IMG/VR virus record: IMGVR_UViG_2565956729_000008
Span: 1 to 20,419 of that record
Direction: 5' to 3' (one strand)
Origin: a virus
Taxonomy: Duplodnaviria > Heunggongvirae > Uroviricota > Caudoviricetes
Length of the DNA stretch: 20,419 nucleotides
Below, one piece after another: positions 1 through 7,350 of this stretch. The notes under the pieces were generated by a model. The model did not search any database. It was given only the letters and a program-made list of their open reading frames with translations, and was not told the DNA's origin. The position numbers and the translations under genes are program-made. The stretch's first letter is position 1; each line of letters opens with the position of its first letter.

Positions 1-891
1 ATGTCGAAACTGAAAACAGACTGGGTGGTCGTAGCCACTTCAGGCCCCACTATCGACGGTCGGGAAATTGATCCAAAGTGGCTGACGGATGCCGCCGAGG
101 TTTATAACCCGGACGAACACACTGCCATGCTCTGGCCGTTTCATGCCAGCGCCGGCTGGCGTGCTTTCACCAATAACTATGGTCTTGTTGATGCACTGAA
201 GGCAGAAAAAGCCGGTGATAAAGTGCAACTGAAAGCCCGCCTGATACCCAACCGCTTTCTGACCGAAGCCAACGAGGCCGGACAAAAACTTTTCACCTCC
301 ATAGAGGTAAAGGAAAACTACCTGGGGACAGGCAAATTCTTTGTATCCGGCATCGCCGTGACTGACACACCGGCCAGCATCAACACCACCCGCCTGCAAT
401 TTTCGCAGGGAGATTCCATTCACATGGGGAATGCGGAAGAACTGAATTTCACGCTGCAGTCTGACGACGAGCAGGCCAAACGCAGTTTCTTTTCCGGTCT
501 TTTCTCCATGGGACGCGACAAACAGGAAAACGATATGAACGAAAAGCAGTTCGGTCAGTTGATGGACGCCATCAACAAAACCGGCGAACGTCTGGGCAAA
601 CTGGAAGAAAACGTCGCGCAGTTCAGCGCGAAGGATGCCACGAAAGATACCGGTGATAACAAACCGGAAGGCAGCGCCGGCGATCAGGGGCAGGACAACG
701 CAGAACAGAACAACAAGGACGAGAAAACCTTCATGCTGACTACTGAGCAGGGCGAAAAGCTGTTCTCCACGGTGAACGCCATCGCGGAGAAAGTCACCAG
801 TATGGAAACCGCATTTGCTGAACTCAGCAAGGATGCCACGAAGCTGCCGGGTAACAATCCGGCCGGTGGCGAAACTTTTAACCTGGTGTAA
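1..891 (+). CDS. O: Capsid scaffolding protein, P2 GpO family
   Basis: 296-aa ORF starting at window base 1. Motifs DGREI, ALKAEK, KLFTSIEV and GIAVTDTPAS match the conserved N-terminal half of P2 GpO scaffolds as I recall them. Acidic, helix-prone C-terminal half. The major capsid gene follows 15 bp downstream, the canonical O-N order. Confidence 0.85.
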   Translation: MSKLKTDWVVVATSGPTIDGREIDPKWLTDAAEVYNPDEHTAMLWPFHASAGWRAFTNNYGLVDALKAEKAGDKVQLKARLIPNRFLTEANEAGQKLFTSIEVKENYLGTGKFFVSGIAVTDTPASINTTRLQFSQGDSIHMGNAEELNFTLQSDDEQAKRSFFSGLFSMGRDKQENDMNEKQFGQLMDAINKTGERLGKLEENVAQFSAKDATKDTGDNKPEGSAGDQGQDNAEQNNKDEKTFMLTTEQGEKLFSTVNAIAEKVTSMETAFAELSKDATKLPGNNPAGGETFNLV

Positions 892-905
892 CCGGAGAGA
901 ACGCA

Positions 906-1919
906 ATGAACATGACACCAGAAGCACAAAAGCTGGTTAACCAGTACCTCAGCGAACTGCAAAAAACATTCAGTGACTGCGCTGTATCAGGTGATCGCAC
1001 TTTTTCCCTGACCGAACCGCGCAGCATTGCCCTGCGTAAAGCCCTGCTGGAAAGCGCGGAGTTTCTGAATTTCACCACCTGCATGGATGTTCCGCACCCG
1101 CAGGGGCAGGTCGTCACCGTGGGCGAATCCACGCTGCGCACTGGTCGCGTGAAAAGTGGTCGTTTCGCCAAAGGTTCGGGCATCAAAGGCAACGAATTCA
1201 AACTCGTTGAAACTGATTCCTGCTGTGTGATCACCTGGGAACAACTCGCCATCTGGGCGAATGCCGGCAGCCCGCAGGAATTTTTCAATCTGATGAACTC
1301 CGCCGCCGTCACCAACTTTGCGCTGGACATGCTGCGCATTGGCTTTAACGGTAAAGAGGCTGCTGAAAACTCTGACCCGGAAAGTCACCCGAACGGCGAA
1401 GACGTCAACATCGGCTGGCATGAAATCGCCAAAAAGTGGGGAAAACAGCCCGGCAATACCTCCCGCATCCTGACGGATGCCGTTACCCTGGGTGAAGGCG
1501 GTGATTATGTCGGCCTTGACGCCATGGCGTCAGATTTGATCCGCACTTACATCCCGGCGCAGTATCACAACGACCCGCGACTTACCGTGCTGGTTGGTGC
1601 TGACCTTGTGGCTGCCGAAGAGCTGCGCCTCTACAACAAAGAAGACAAGCCTACCGAAAAAGTGGCCGCACAGCTGCTGACGAAGAACATTGCGGGCCGC
1701 AAGGCCATCATTCCACCGTTTATGCCGGGCAAGCGTATGGTGGTGACCATGCTGCCAAATCTGCAGATCCTGACGCTGAAGGGTTCCCGCCGTCGTAAAG
1801 CAGAAGATGTGGGCGATCGCAAACAGTTCGAAAACTCATACTGGCGTTACGAGGGGTACGCCCTGGGCGATCCGGATTTATATGCTGCCGTAGATGAGTC
1901 TGCGGTCACCATCGCCTGA
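906..1919 (+). CDS. N: Major capsid protein, P2 GpN family
   Basis: 337-aa ORF with a GGAG ribosome-binding site upstream. Blocks GFNGK..SD and GGDYVGLDA resemble P2 GpN. Length and position between O and M fit. Confidence 0.9.
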   Translation: MNMTPEAQKLVNQYLSELQKTFSDCAVSGDRTFSLTEPRSIALRKALLESAEFLNFTTCMDVPHPQGQVVTVGESTLRTGRVKSGRFAKGSGIKGNEFKLVETDSCCVITWEQLAIWANAGSPQEFFNLMNSAAVTNFALDMLRIGFNGKEAAENSDPESHPNGEDVNIGWHEIAKKWGKQPGNTSRILTDAVTLGEGGDYVGLDAMASDLIRTYIPAQYHNDPRLTVLVGADLVAAEELRLYNKEDKPTEKVAAQLLTKNIAGRKAIIPPFMPGKRMVVTMLPNLQILTLKGSRRRKAEDVGDRKQFENSYWRYEGYALGDPDLYAAVDESAVTIA

Positions 1920-1936
1920 TAAACGGAGCGCACGGT

Positions 1937-2647
1937 ATGCCAACGCCAATGCAGCGACAACGTGCCCGACAGATGGATGAGCGCCGTGCAGCACTCATGA
2001 CCAGAACGGACGGGAGCGCTGTCAGTACAGAGAGCCAGCACATTAAGCTGCTGGCACTGAATAACGACATCAGACAACTGCACAACATGGAGCTGCTGTC
2101 TGACAAGCTGGAATTCAAGCGGAACACGCTGCTGCCCCGCTGGCTGCCACACGCACAGGCTTATCTGGAGGGGGAACGCGTCTATCAGAATCCCATTCTG
2201 GTGTACTGCATCATCTGGCTGTTCGATACCGGGCAGTTTGAGCTGGCGCTGCGGTGGACTGACATTGCCATTGAGCAGGGACAGAAGACGCCGGAGAACT
2301 TCAAAAGCGAGCTGCCAACGTTTGTGGCCCATTTCATTCTTGAATGGGCAGAAACCGAAGCTGAACGCGGGAACAGTATCGCGCCATATTTTCAGCAGGT
2401 GTTTGAAAAAATCCGCGACAAATGGCGTGTGAATGAACGTCTTGCTGCCCGCTACTGGCGCTTTGCAGGCGTCCAGCTGCTGCGCGGCGATGACGGCAAA
2501 CCACTGGCCAGTGCAATTAATGATACGGGGATACTGCAACAGGCTGATCAGTATCTGGAGCGGGCTGCCTGGCTGCATCCAAAAATTCAGGTGAAAACCC
2601 TGCGCCAGCGCATTGCTGCAAGACTGCGCGCGTTGCAGGGCACGTAA
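1937..2647 (+). CDS. M: Terminase small (endonuclease) subunit, P2 GpM family
   Basis: 236-aa ORF directly after N, close to P2 GpM length. Arg-rich N-terminus and an LLP.WLP-type motif resemble GpM-family proteins. GGAG ribosome-binding site precedes the ATG. Confidence 0.75.
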   Translation: MPTPMQRQRARQMDERRAALMTRTDGSAVSTESQHIKLLALNNDIRQLHNMELLSDKLEFKRNTLLPRWLPHAQAYLEGERVYQNPILVYCIIWLFDTGQFELALRWTDIAIEQGQKTPENFKSELPTFVAHFILEWAETEAERGNSIAPYFQQVFEKIRDKWRVNERLAARYWRFAGVQLLRGDDGKPLASAINDTGILQQADQYLERAAWLHPKIQVKTLRQRIAARLRALQGT

Positions 2648-2745
2648 ACGACTCCCAACAACCGGGCGGGCGCGGTGGAGGTGTGCCGGCAAAAGCCATC
2701 AGCACACTGCGGAAACCGGTCAGTCCGCCTTTCCACGGAGTGAGC

Positions 2746-3240
2746 ATGTTTGACGGGAAAAGCATTCACTATCAGCAGGCCATTATTCAGAACGATGGAT
2801 TCTGGCCGGATATTGATGCCGGTGATTTTGAAAAGAGCCGCAGTATCCCCGCCGTCACGTCACACGAAACGGTGCTGACGGCGCTGCTTTGCGCGGTGAC
2901 AGAGATTAACACTGAACTGGCTGCACGCCGTGAATACTGGCAGGAACAGGGCTACATCCGGGCCACTGATATTCCGGGTTACACCGTGTTGCAACCAGAG
3001 CCGCGCAACACGGATGCACAACCTCAACGGATGCAGAACCACATTACAGCACTGTACACCAAGGCTGTGTATGCACGCGCAAAGGCCGATCTTTTGCCGG
3101 AATCTGCCAGCGTGGGGCGGCGCGAGGCGCAGTCATCAACAGAAGCCAGCGAGAGCCGCCGGACGTTGCTGGCTGAAGCAGCCATGGCGGTGCGGGCGCT
3201 GCTGGGCCGACCGCGCGCCTCCATTGCACTGATTGATTAA
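2746..3240 (+). CDS. L: Head completion/stabilisation protein, P2 GpL family
   Basis: The ORF track starts it at 2683, but an in-frame ATG at 2746 follows a GGAG site and gives about 165 aa, close to P2 GpL. Motif FWPDID matches the GpL-family FFPDID region. Confidence 0.75.
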   Translation: MFDGKSIHYQQAIIQNDGFWPDIDAGDFEKSRSIPAVTSHETVLTALLCAVTEINTELAARREYWQEQGYIRATDIPGYTVLQPEPRNTDAQPQRMQNHITALYTKAVYARAKADLLPESASVGRREAQSSTEASESRRTLLAEAAMAVRALLGRPRASIALID

Positions 3241-3249
3241 GGAAATGGT

Positions 3250-3723
3250 ATGACGCAACTCGCCAGCCTGACGGCATTCATTGAAAACAATCTGCCGGCA
3301 CGCGCACGCATTCCGTTCACCAGTGACATGGATGATATCACGCTCGTTCCGTTTACGAAGTCGCTGGGGCACGGGCAGTTATGTACGCAGGTCCGAAAAT
3401 ATACGGCCTTTCTGCGATGGGACGCATGGCCCTATCGTCAGCTCAATCCGGATTTGGTGTTTTCTCTGGTTGAAGCCTGGCTGGCAGATAACGGCGGCGA
3501 CCTGCGCCAGCGCCTGGCACCGGATGCGCCAGCCGTTGACGTCGAAGCGGATGATGAAAATGAAGTGGCATGGCTGGAAATCAGTCTGCCGCTGGTTGAT
3601 CCCATCACGCTGGTTGAGGACGAAAACGGCCCCATCCCCAGAGGCGGGAAACGTTACCGGCTGGAAAAACCTGAAATCTGGGTGGCTCAGGCGCATCAGC
3701 TTCACTGTCAGGTGATGCCATGA
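3250..3723 (+). CDS. Putative tail completion protein (GpR-like)
   Basis: 157-aa acidic protein directly after L, with its stop overlapping the next start (ATGA). Size and weak pattern similarity to P2 GpR. Assignment rests mainly on position and size. Confidence 0.4.
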   Translation: MTQLASLTAFIENNLPARARIPFTSDMDDITLVPFTKSLGHGQLCTQVRKYTAFLRWDAWPYRQLNPDLVFSLVEAWLADNGGDLRQRLAPDAPAVDVEADDENEVAWLEISLPLVDPITLVEDENGPIPRGGKRYRLEKPEIWVAQAHQLHCQVMP

Positions 3724-4433
3724 CGCGCCCCGTGATTAACGAGTCACAACTCCGGCAGGTTCGTCGCGCCATCAGAGAGGCAGAACTTCCACCGGCAAAG
3801 GCCAGAAAGCTGCTGGTTCGCATTGCGAAATACGGCCTGATACCGGCTGCTCGACGCAATGTGAAAGCACAGCGAACACCGGAGGGGGCAGCTTGGGCAC
3901 CACGAAAAAGACCGGATAAAGCCAGCGGCAGGTATAAAAACAAAATGCTGCTGGGACTGCCGAAACTGCTGGCCATCAGGATTGACGGCAACGGGAAAAG
4001 TGTCCGCCTTTTCTTTAAAAAAGGGAATTACAACACCGGCTCTCATGGTGGGGCGGTCGCATGGGTACAACAGCATGGCGCAATCATCAAAGGCCGCGCC
4101 ACAAAGCGCCGGGACAACGAAGCCATGCGCACCCGCCCCGCCACACGACGGCAGGCGGAGCGGCTTCTTTCTCTGGGGTTTCGGGCACCCATCGGAGCGG
4201 TCAGCAAAAAAACCGGACGCAGGGGACGCAGAAAGCCCTCCCTGAAATGGATTATGGAAAACATGAGTATGGCGCAGGCCGGGCTGGTGATCAGCATTCT
4301 GAAAGGCGAGCAGAAAAAGCGTGTATGGGAAATCAAAATCCCCTCCCGCGCATTTCTGGGCGCCAGCGATGCTGAATTTACCCGCATTCTGGAAGCGCAG
4401 TTGCGCAGCCTGCATTACGGCGGCACGAGATAA
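3720..4433 (+). CDS. Putative virion morphogenesis / tail completion protein (GpS-like)
   Basis: 237-aa strongly basic protein, translationally coupled to the preceding gene. The segment GAVAWVQQHGAI resembles the conserved C-terminal motif of phage virion morphogenesis proteins. Position after an R-like gene matches P2 R-S order. Confidence 0.45.
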   Translation: MTRPVINESQLRQVRRAIREAELPPAKARKLLVRIAKYGLIPAARRNVKAQRTPEGAAWAPRKRPDKASGRYKNKMLLGLPKLLAIRIDGNGKSVRLFFKKGNYNTGSHGGAVAWVQQHGAIIKGRATKRRDNEAMRTRPATRRQAERLLSLGFRAPIGAVSKKTGRRGRRKPSLKWIMENMSMAQAGLVISILKGEQKKRVWEIKIPSRAFLGASDAEFTRILEAQLRSLHYGGTR

Positions 4434-4452
4434 CAAAATCAGGAGACAAATT

Positions 4453-5601
4453 ATGACCTGGCCATCTGTCACGATTGAACAGTACAACACGTTCAGTAGC
4501 TCGCCGGACGGCGTGGAAAATACGCTGCTGTTTGTGGGCAATGCACAAAACAACAAAGGTAAGGTTCTGCCGGTCAATGCCAACAGTGATCTGGATGAAT
4601 TGCTGGGAACGAACGCCAGCCCGCTGAAGAATTTCCTTCAGTCAGCACTGACCAATGCCGGACAGAATGCCTTTTTCTATGTTGCCGTTCTGCCGGAAGC
4701 AGGCAGGGGCAAAGAAGCGACGCCAGCCTGCCAGGCATGGCAGAACGCCGTACTGGCGGCTCAGGAAACTGTTTCAGTTGAAGGCGTGGTGATCACCGAG
4801 CCGGTCAGCACGAAGGATGATATCAACGCCATACAGGCGTTACGTCAGACCATCATCAATAAATATCAGCGCCGCATCTGGTTCATCCTGACCATCGCCG
4901 CCAACAACCACAGCAAAACCTGGGCGGAATACGTTGCCGAACTGACCGCACTACAGAAAGGCATTGCAGCCCCGCAGGTCATGCTGGTTCCGGAGATTTT
5001 TGGATTTGAACCGGGCGTTCTTGCTGGTCGCCTGTGTAACAGCGCCGTCACCATTGCTGACAGTCCGGCACGTGTGGCAACCGGGGCGCTGTCCGCACTG
5101 AAAACCACAGAGCGCCCGAAGGACAGCGCGGGACAGGCAATTGATCTCGCCACCCTGCAGGCGCTGGCAACCGCCCGCTACAGCGTGCCCATGTGGTATG
5201 CCGACTATGACGGCCTTTACTGGGCCGACGGCGTGACACTTGAGGTGGAAGGCGGGGACTACAACGTCATCGAACATGTCCGCATTGCTGATAAGGTGGC
5301 GCGCCGCGTACGGCTGATGGCCATCCCCAAAATTGCCGATCGCTCACTGAACAGCACACCGGGCAGCATTGCCGCACATGAAACGCTGTTTGCCCGCCCG
5401 CTGCGTACCATGGCGAAATCCACGCAGATTAACGGTGTCACCTTTCCGGGCGAAGTGAAATCGCCACAAAAAGGCGATGTGGCCATCACCTGGCAGGACG
5501 AAAAGACGGTCAGCATCAGCATTGTTGTCCGCCCTTACGCCTGCCCCAAAACCATCAAAGTGGGCATTCAGCTGGACAAATCTCTGGAGGAGAACGCATG
5601 A
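4453..5601 (+). CDS. Putative contractile tail sheath protein (not the P2 FI family)
   Basis: ATG at 4453 is preceded by AGGAG with 7-nt spacing; the track start at 4321 is an upstream in-frame extension overlapping the previous gene. 382 aa, immediately before a ~150-aa tube-like gene and upstream of chaperone and tape measure, the canonical sheath position. No recognisable similarity to P2 FI. Confidence 0.5.
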   Translation: MTWPSVTIEQYNTFSSSPDGVENTLLFVGNAQNNKGKVLPVNANSDLDELLGTNASPLKNFLQSALTNAGQNAFFYVAVLPEAGRGKEATPACQAWQNAVLAAQETVSVEGVVITEPVSTKDDINAIQALRQTIINKYQRRIWFILTIAANNHSKTWAEYVAELTALQKGIAAPQVMLVPEIFGFEPGVLAGRLCNSAVTIADSPARVATGALSALKTTERPKDSAGQAIDLATLQALATARYSVPMWYADYDGLYWADGVTLEVEGGDYNVIEHVRIADKVARRVRLMAIPKIADRSLNSTPGSIAAHETLFARPLRTMAKSTQINGVTFPGEVKSPQKGDVAITWQDEKTVSISIVVRPYACPKTIKVGIQLDKSLEENA

Positions 5602-6053
5602 CAACCCGCATTAACGGCATGGCCTTTGATGTTTATGTTGGCGGAACGGATATCCGCGTAAAAAACATTTCGCTGGATATCAGCGACGAAAGCGCCGTGG
5701 CCAAAACCCGTGGCATCCCTGACGGCAAACTGCGCGGCCCTGTCAGTGCCGAAGGTGAAATCGAAATGAGTACCCGCAGCTTTAACCAGCTCGGGGAAGT
5801 GGCGGCTCAGGCGGGATCGTGGCGTGACCTGCCGCCAATGGATTTTGTGTTTTACGCCAACACGGGCACCGAAGAAATCCGCGTTGAAGCCTTCGGTTGC
5901 GAGCTGATGCTTTCGAACCTGTTAAGCATTGACACCGAGAGCGCGGATCTGACCACGCACAAAATCAAGTACGTGGTGGCAAGCCCTGACTTTGTGCGTA
6001 TCAACGGCGTGCCCGTTCTCTCAGAGAACGACGTGCGCGGGCTGATGGGGTAA
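5598..6053 (+). CDS. Putative tail tube protein
   Basis: 151-aa ORF, start overlapping the sheath stop (ATGA), GGAGGAG upstream. Size and position typical of myovirus tube proteins. Confidence 0.5.
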   Translation: MTTRINGMAFDVYVGGTDIRVKNISLDISDESAVAKTRGIPDGKLRGPVSAEGEIEMSTRSFNQLGEVAAQAGSWRDLPPMDFVFYANTGTEEIRVEAFGCELMLSNLLSIDTESADLTTHKIKYVVASPDFVRINGVPVLSENDVRGLMG

Positions 6054-6056
6054 ACC

Positions 6057-6353
6057 ATGCAGGAGCATGAACGCACCATCATCACCCTGGGCATTCTGGG
6101 CGGAATCGCTGCCGCAAGTCGGGTGCTGGCTGGCGCAGAACCGATTACGTTGCGGTTGTTTGTGGGCCGAACCCTGCTGGGGAGCGCGCTGGGTGTTTCT
6201 GCCGCCGCCCTGCTGGTTCGCTACCCGAACCTTGACCCACTGGCCATTGCCGGCGCAGGTACCGCAATGGGCGTTGCCGGTTACCAGATTGTGGAAATCT
6301 TCCTGCGCCACATGCGCCGGAAGCTGGACGAAAAAGAGAACAAAGAGGAGTAA
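6057..6353 (+). CDS. Y: Holin, P2 GpY-like
   Basis: 98-aa protein with hydrophobic transmembrane segments and a highly charged C-terminal tail (RRKLDEKENKEE). The stretch VLAGAEPITLRLFVGRTLLG and GYQIVEI resemble the P2 Y holin as I recall it. Lies directly upstream of the endolysin. Confidence 0.75.
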   Translation: MQEHERTIITLGILGGIAAASRVLAGAEPITLRLFVGRTLLGSALGVSAAALLVRYPNLDPLAIAGAGTAMGVAGYQIVEIFLRHMRRKLDEKENKEE

Positions 6354-6358
6354 CCGCA

Positions 6359-6466
6359 ATGCAGTCCCGCAGGGATCAGAAAGCCGCTGCCATTGTCTGG
6401 AAAATTATCCGGGCGTTGTGGCGCTGGTTGCGTAAACCTCAACAACCCCGTAAGGAGCAAAAATGA
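6359..6466 (+). CDS. Small basic amphipathic peptide (35 aa), possible lysis accessory
   Basis: ATG at 6359 through TGA at 6464-6466, translating to MQSRRDQKAAAIVWKIIRALWRWLRKPQQPRKEQK. Its stop overlaps the endolysin start (ATGA). Below the ORF-track size cut-off. Coding status unproven. Confidence 0.25.
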   Translation: MQSRRDQKAAAIVWKIIRALWRWLRKPQQPRKEQK

Positions 6467-6804
6467 AACTCTCCGATAAGCAACAACAATTTACCGTCAT
6501 GATCGGAAAACTCATCCAGTTTGCCCATCAGCGCGGTTATGGCCTGACGTTCGGTGAGGCGTACCGCACGCCAGAGCAGGCAAAACTCAACGCACAAAAG
6601 GGATCAGGCATCACCAACAGTCTGCACTGCCAGCGACTGGCGGTGGATTTTAATCTGTTTATTAACGGTGAATACCAGACCCGCACAGAGGCTTACCGCG
6701 AACTGGGCGAGTACTGGGAATCCCTCGGCGGCACATGGGGCGGTCGTTTTAAAAACCGCCCGGATGGCAATCATTTCAGCCTTGAGCACGACGGTGTGCG
6801 CTGA
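6463..6804 (+). CDS. Endolysin, peptidase M15 / LAS-type zinc metallopeptidase
   Basis: 113 aa with an H-x6-D motif (HCQRLAVD) and a downstream His pair (NHFSLEHD), matching the zinc-binding triad of M15-family cell-wall peptidases. AAGGAG ribosome-binding site upstream. Sits next to the holin. Confidence 0.85.
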   Translation: MKLSDKQQQFTVMIGKLIQFAHQRGYGLTFGEAYRTPEQAKLNAQKGSGITNSLHCQRLAVDFNLFINGEYQTRTEAYRELGEYWESLGGTWGGRFKNRPDGNHFSLEHDGVR

Positions 6805-6810
6805 TTTTAC

Positions 6811-6842
6811 GCTTAATAAGCCTTCCTGCAGGCTTATTAAGC
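6811..6842 (+). terminator. Perfect 12-bp stem / 8-nt loop hairpin after the lysis genes (weak terminator or attenuator)
   Basis: GCTTAATAAGCC-TTCCTGCA-GGCTTATTAAGC, followed by the T-rich stretch CCTCTTATTCTT. It begins 7 bp after the endolysin stop. The T-tract is imperfect, so termination is probably partial. Confidence 0.35.
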
Positions 6843-6868
6843 CCTCTTATTCTTGACATTAACAGGAC

Positions 6869-7162
6869 ATGATGATGAACGATAAAAACACCCAAACCAC
6901 CGCAGAGAACGCCATCACTTTACAGGTCGGCGAGCATGAACTGACGTTTATCCCGACGGTGAAAGACTACAACGACCTGCAGAACGACTTCATGCCGGAC
7001 AATAAAATTGCACCGCTGAAAAACTACCTGCGCCGCATCGTGATTAAAGAGCACCGCGATCTGCTGAACCAGTTGCTGGAAAAACCGGGAATGCCGGCCA
7101 GTCTGGCAACTGCCGTGAATAACGAGTTTGTGCCGGAAGTGGAAATCACCGTAAAAAAATAA
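6869..7162 (+). CDS. Tail assembly chaperone, short form (E/G-like)
   Basis: 97-aa acidic protein immediately upstream of the tape measure. Three consecutive ATGs at 6869-6877 with AGGA at 6864-6867, so the true start is probably 6872 or 6875. Ends GTA AAA AAA TAA. Confidence 0.6.
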   Translation: MMMNDKNTQTTAENAITLQVGEHELTFIPTVKDYNDLQNDFMPDNKIAPLKNYLRRIVIKEHRDLLNQLLEKPGMPASLATAVNNEFVPEVEITVKK

Positions 7163-7350
7163 AAAGCCATCTGAGGGCCATTGATCGCAATGACCTTACC
7201 AGGATGCTGATCCTGCGCCGCCACTGGCTGCCCGGTGAAGATGATTCACCACAGTCACTGGCTGCTGCCGTCTGGCTGGATAACCACTACTGGGAAAATA
7301 TGGGTATCGCCGTCAATAACGGCATTATCCGCGCCTTTAAGGGAACGTAA
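6869..7350 (+). CDS. Tail assembly chaperone, long form via programmed -1 frameshift (E+E'-like)
   Basis: Slippery heptamer A AAA AAA at 7153-7159 sits directly before the zero-frame stop. The -1 frame from 7159 is open for 62 codons (IKSHLRAIDRND...IIRAFKGT) with no ATG, and its TAA at 7348-7350 overlaps the tape-measure ATG at 7350. I checked the frame codon by codon. Confidence 0.55.

Noticed and set aside
40-2692. Long minus-strand ORFs (40-927, 878-1339, 987-1421, 1847-2692) antisense to the head genes
   Set aside because: They fully overlap strongly supported plus-strand genes with P2 family signatures, have no ribosome-binding sites or recognisable motifs, and are the usual open antisense frames of GC-rich coding sequence.
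2682-2706. Possible Ogr-type late-promoter dyad (TGT...ACA) between M and L
   Set aside because: The spacing here is 19 nt, not the 12 nt of the P2 consensus, and P2 itself has no promoter at this position. Not called.
3281-3715. 144-aa plus-strand ORF in an alternative frame of the R-like gene
   Set aside because: Fully embedded in a different frame of a gene with a proper start, and Arg/Trp-rich in the way frame-shifted reads of GC-rich sequence are. No evidence for an embedded gene such as a spanin.
4321-4452. Upstream extensions of ORF-track starts (4321 sheath, 2683 L, 9283 W-like, 10810 I-like, TTG 9776 and 16552)
   Set aside because: In each case a downstream in-frame ATG with a better ribosome-binding site and an ATGA/TAATG junction with the preceding gene gives a more plausible start. 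The extensions would overlap the upstream gene substantially.
3744-4583. 279-aa minus-strand ORF
   Set aside because: Antisense to the S-like gene and the sheath start, with no homology features. Taken as a shadow ORF.
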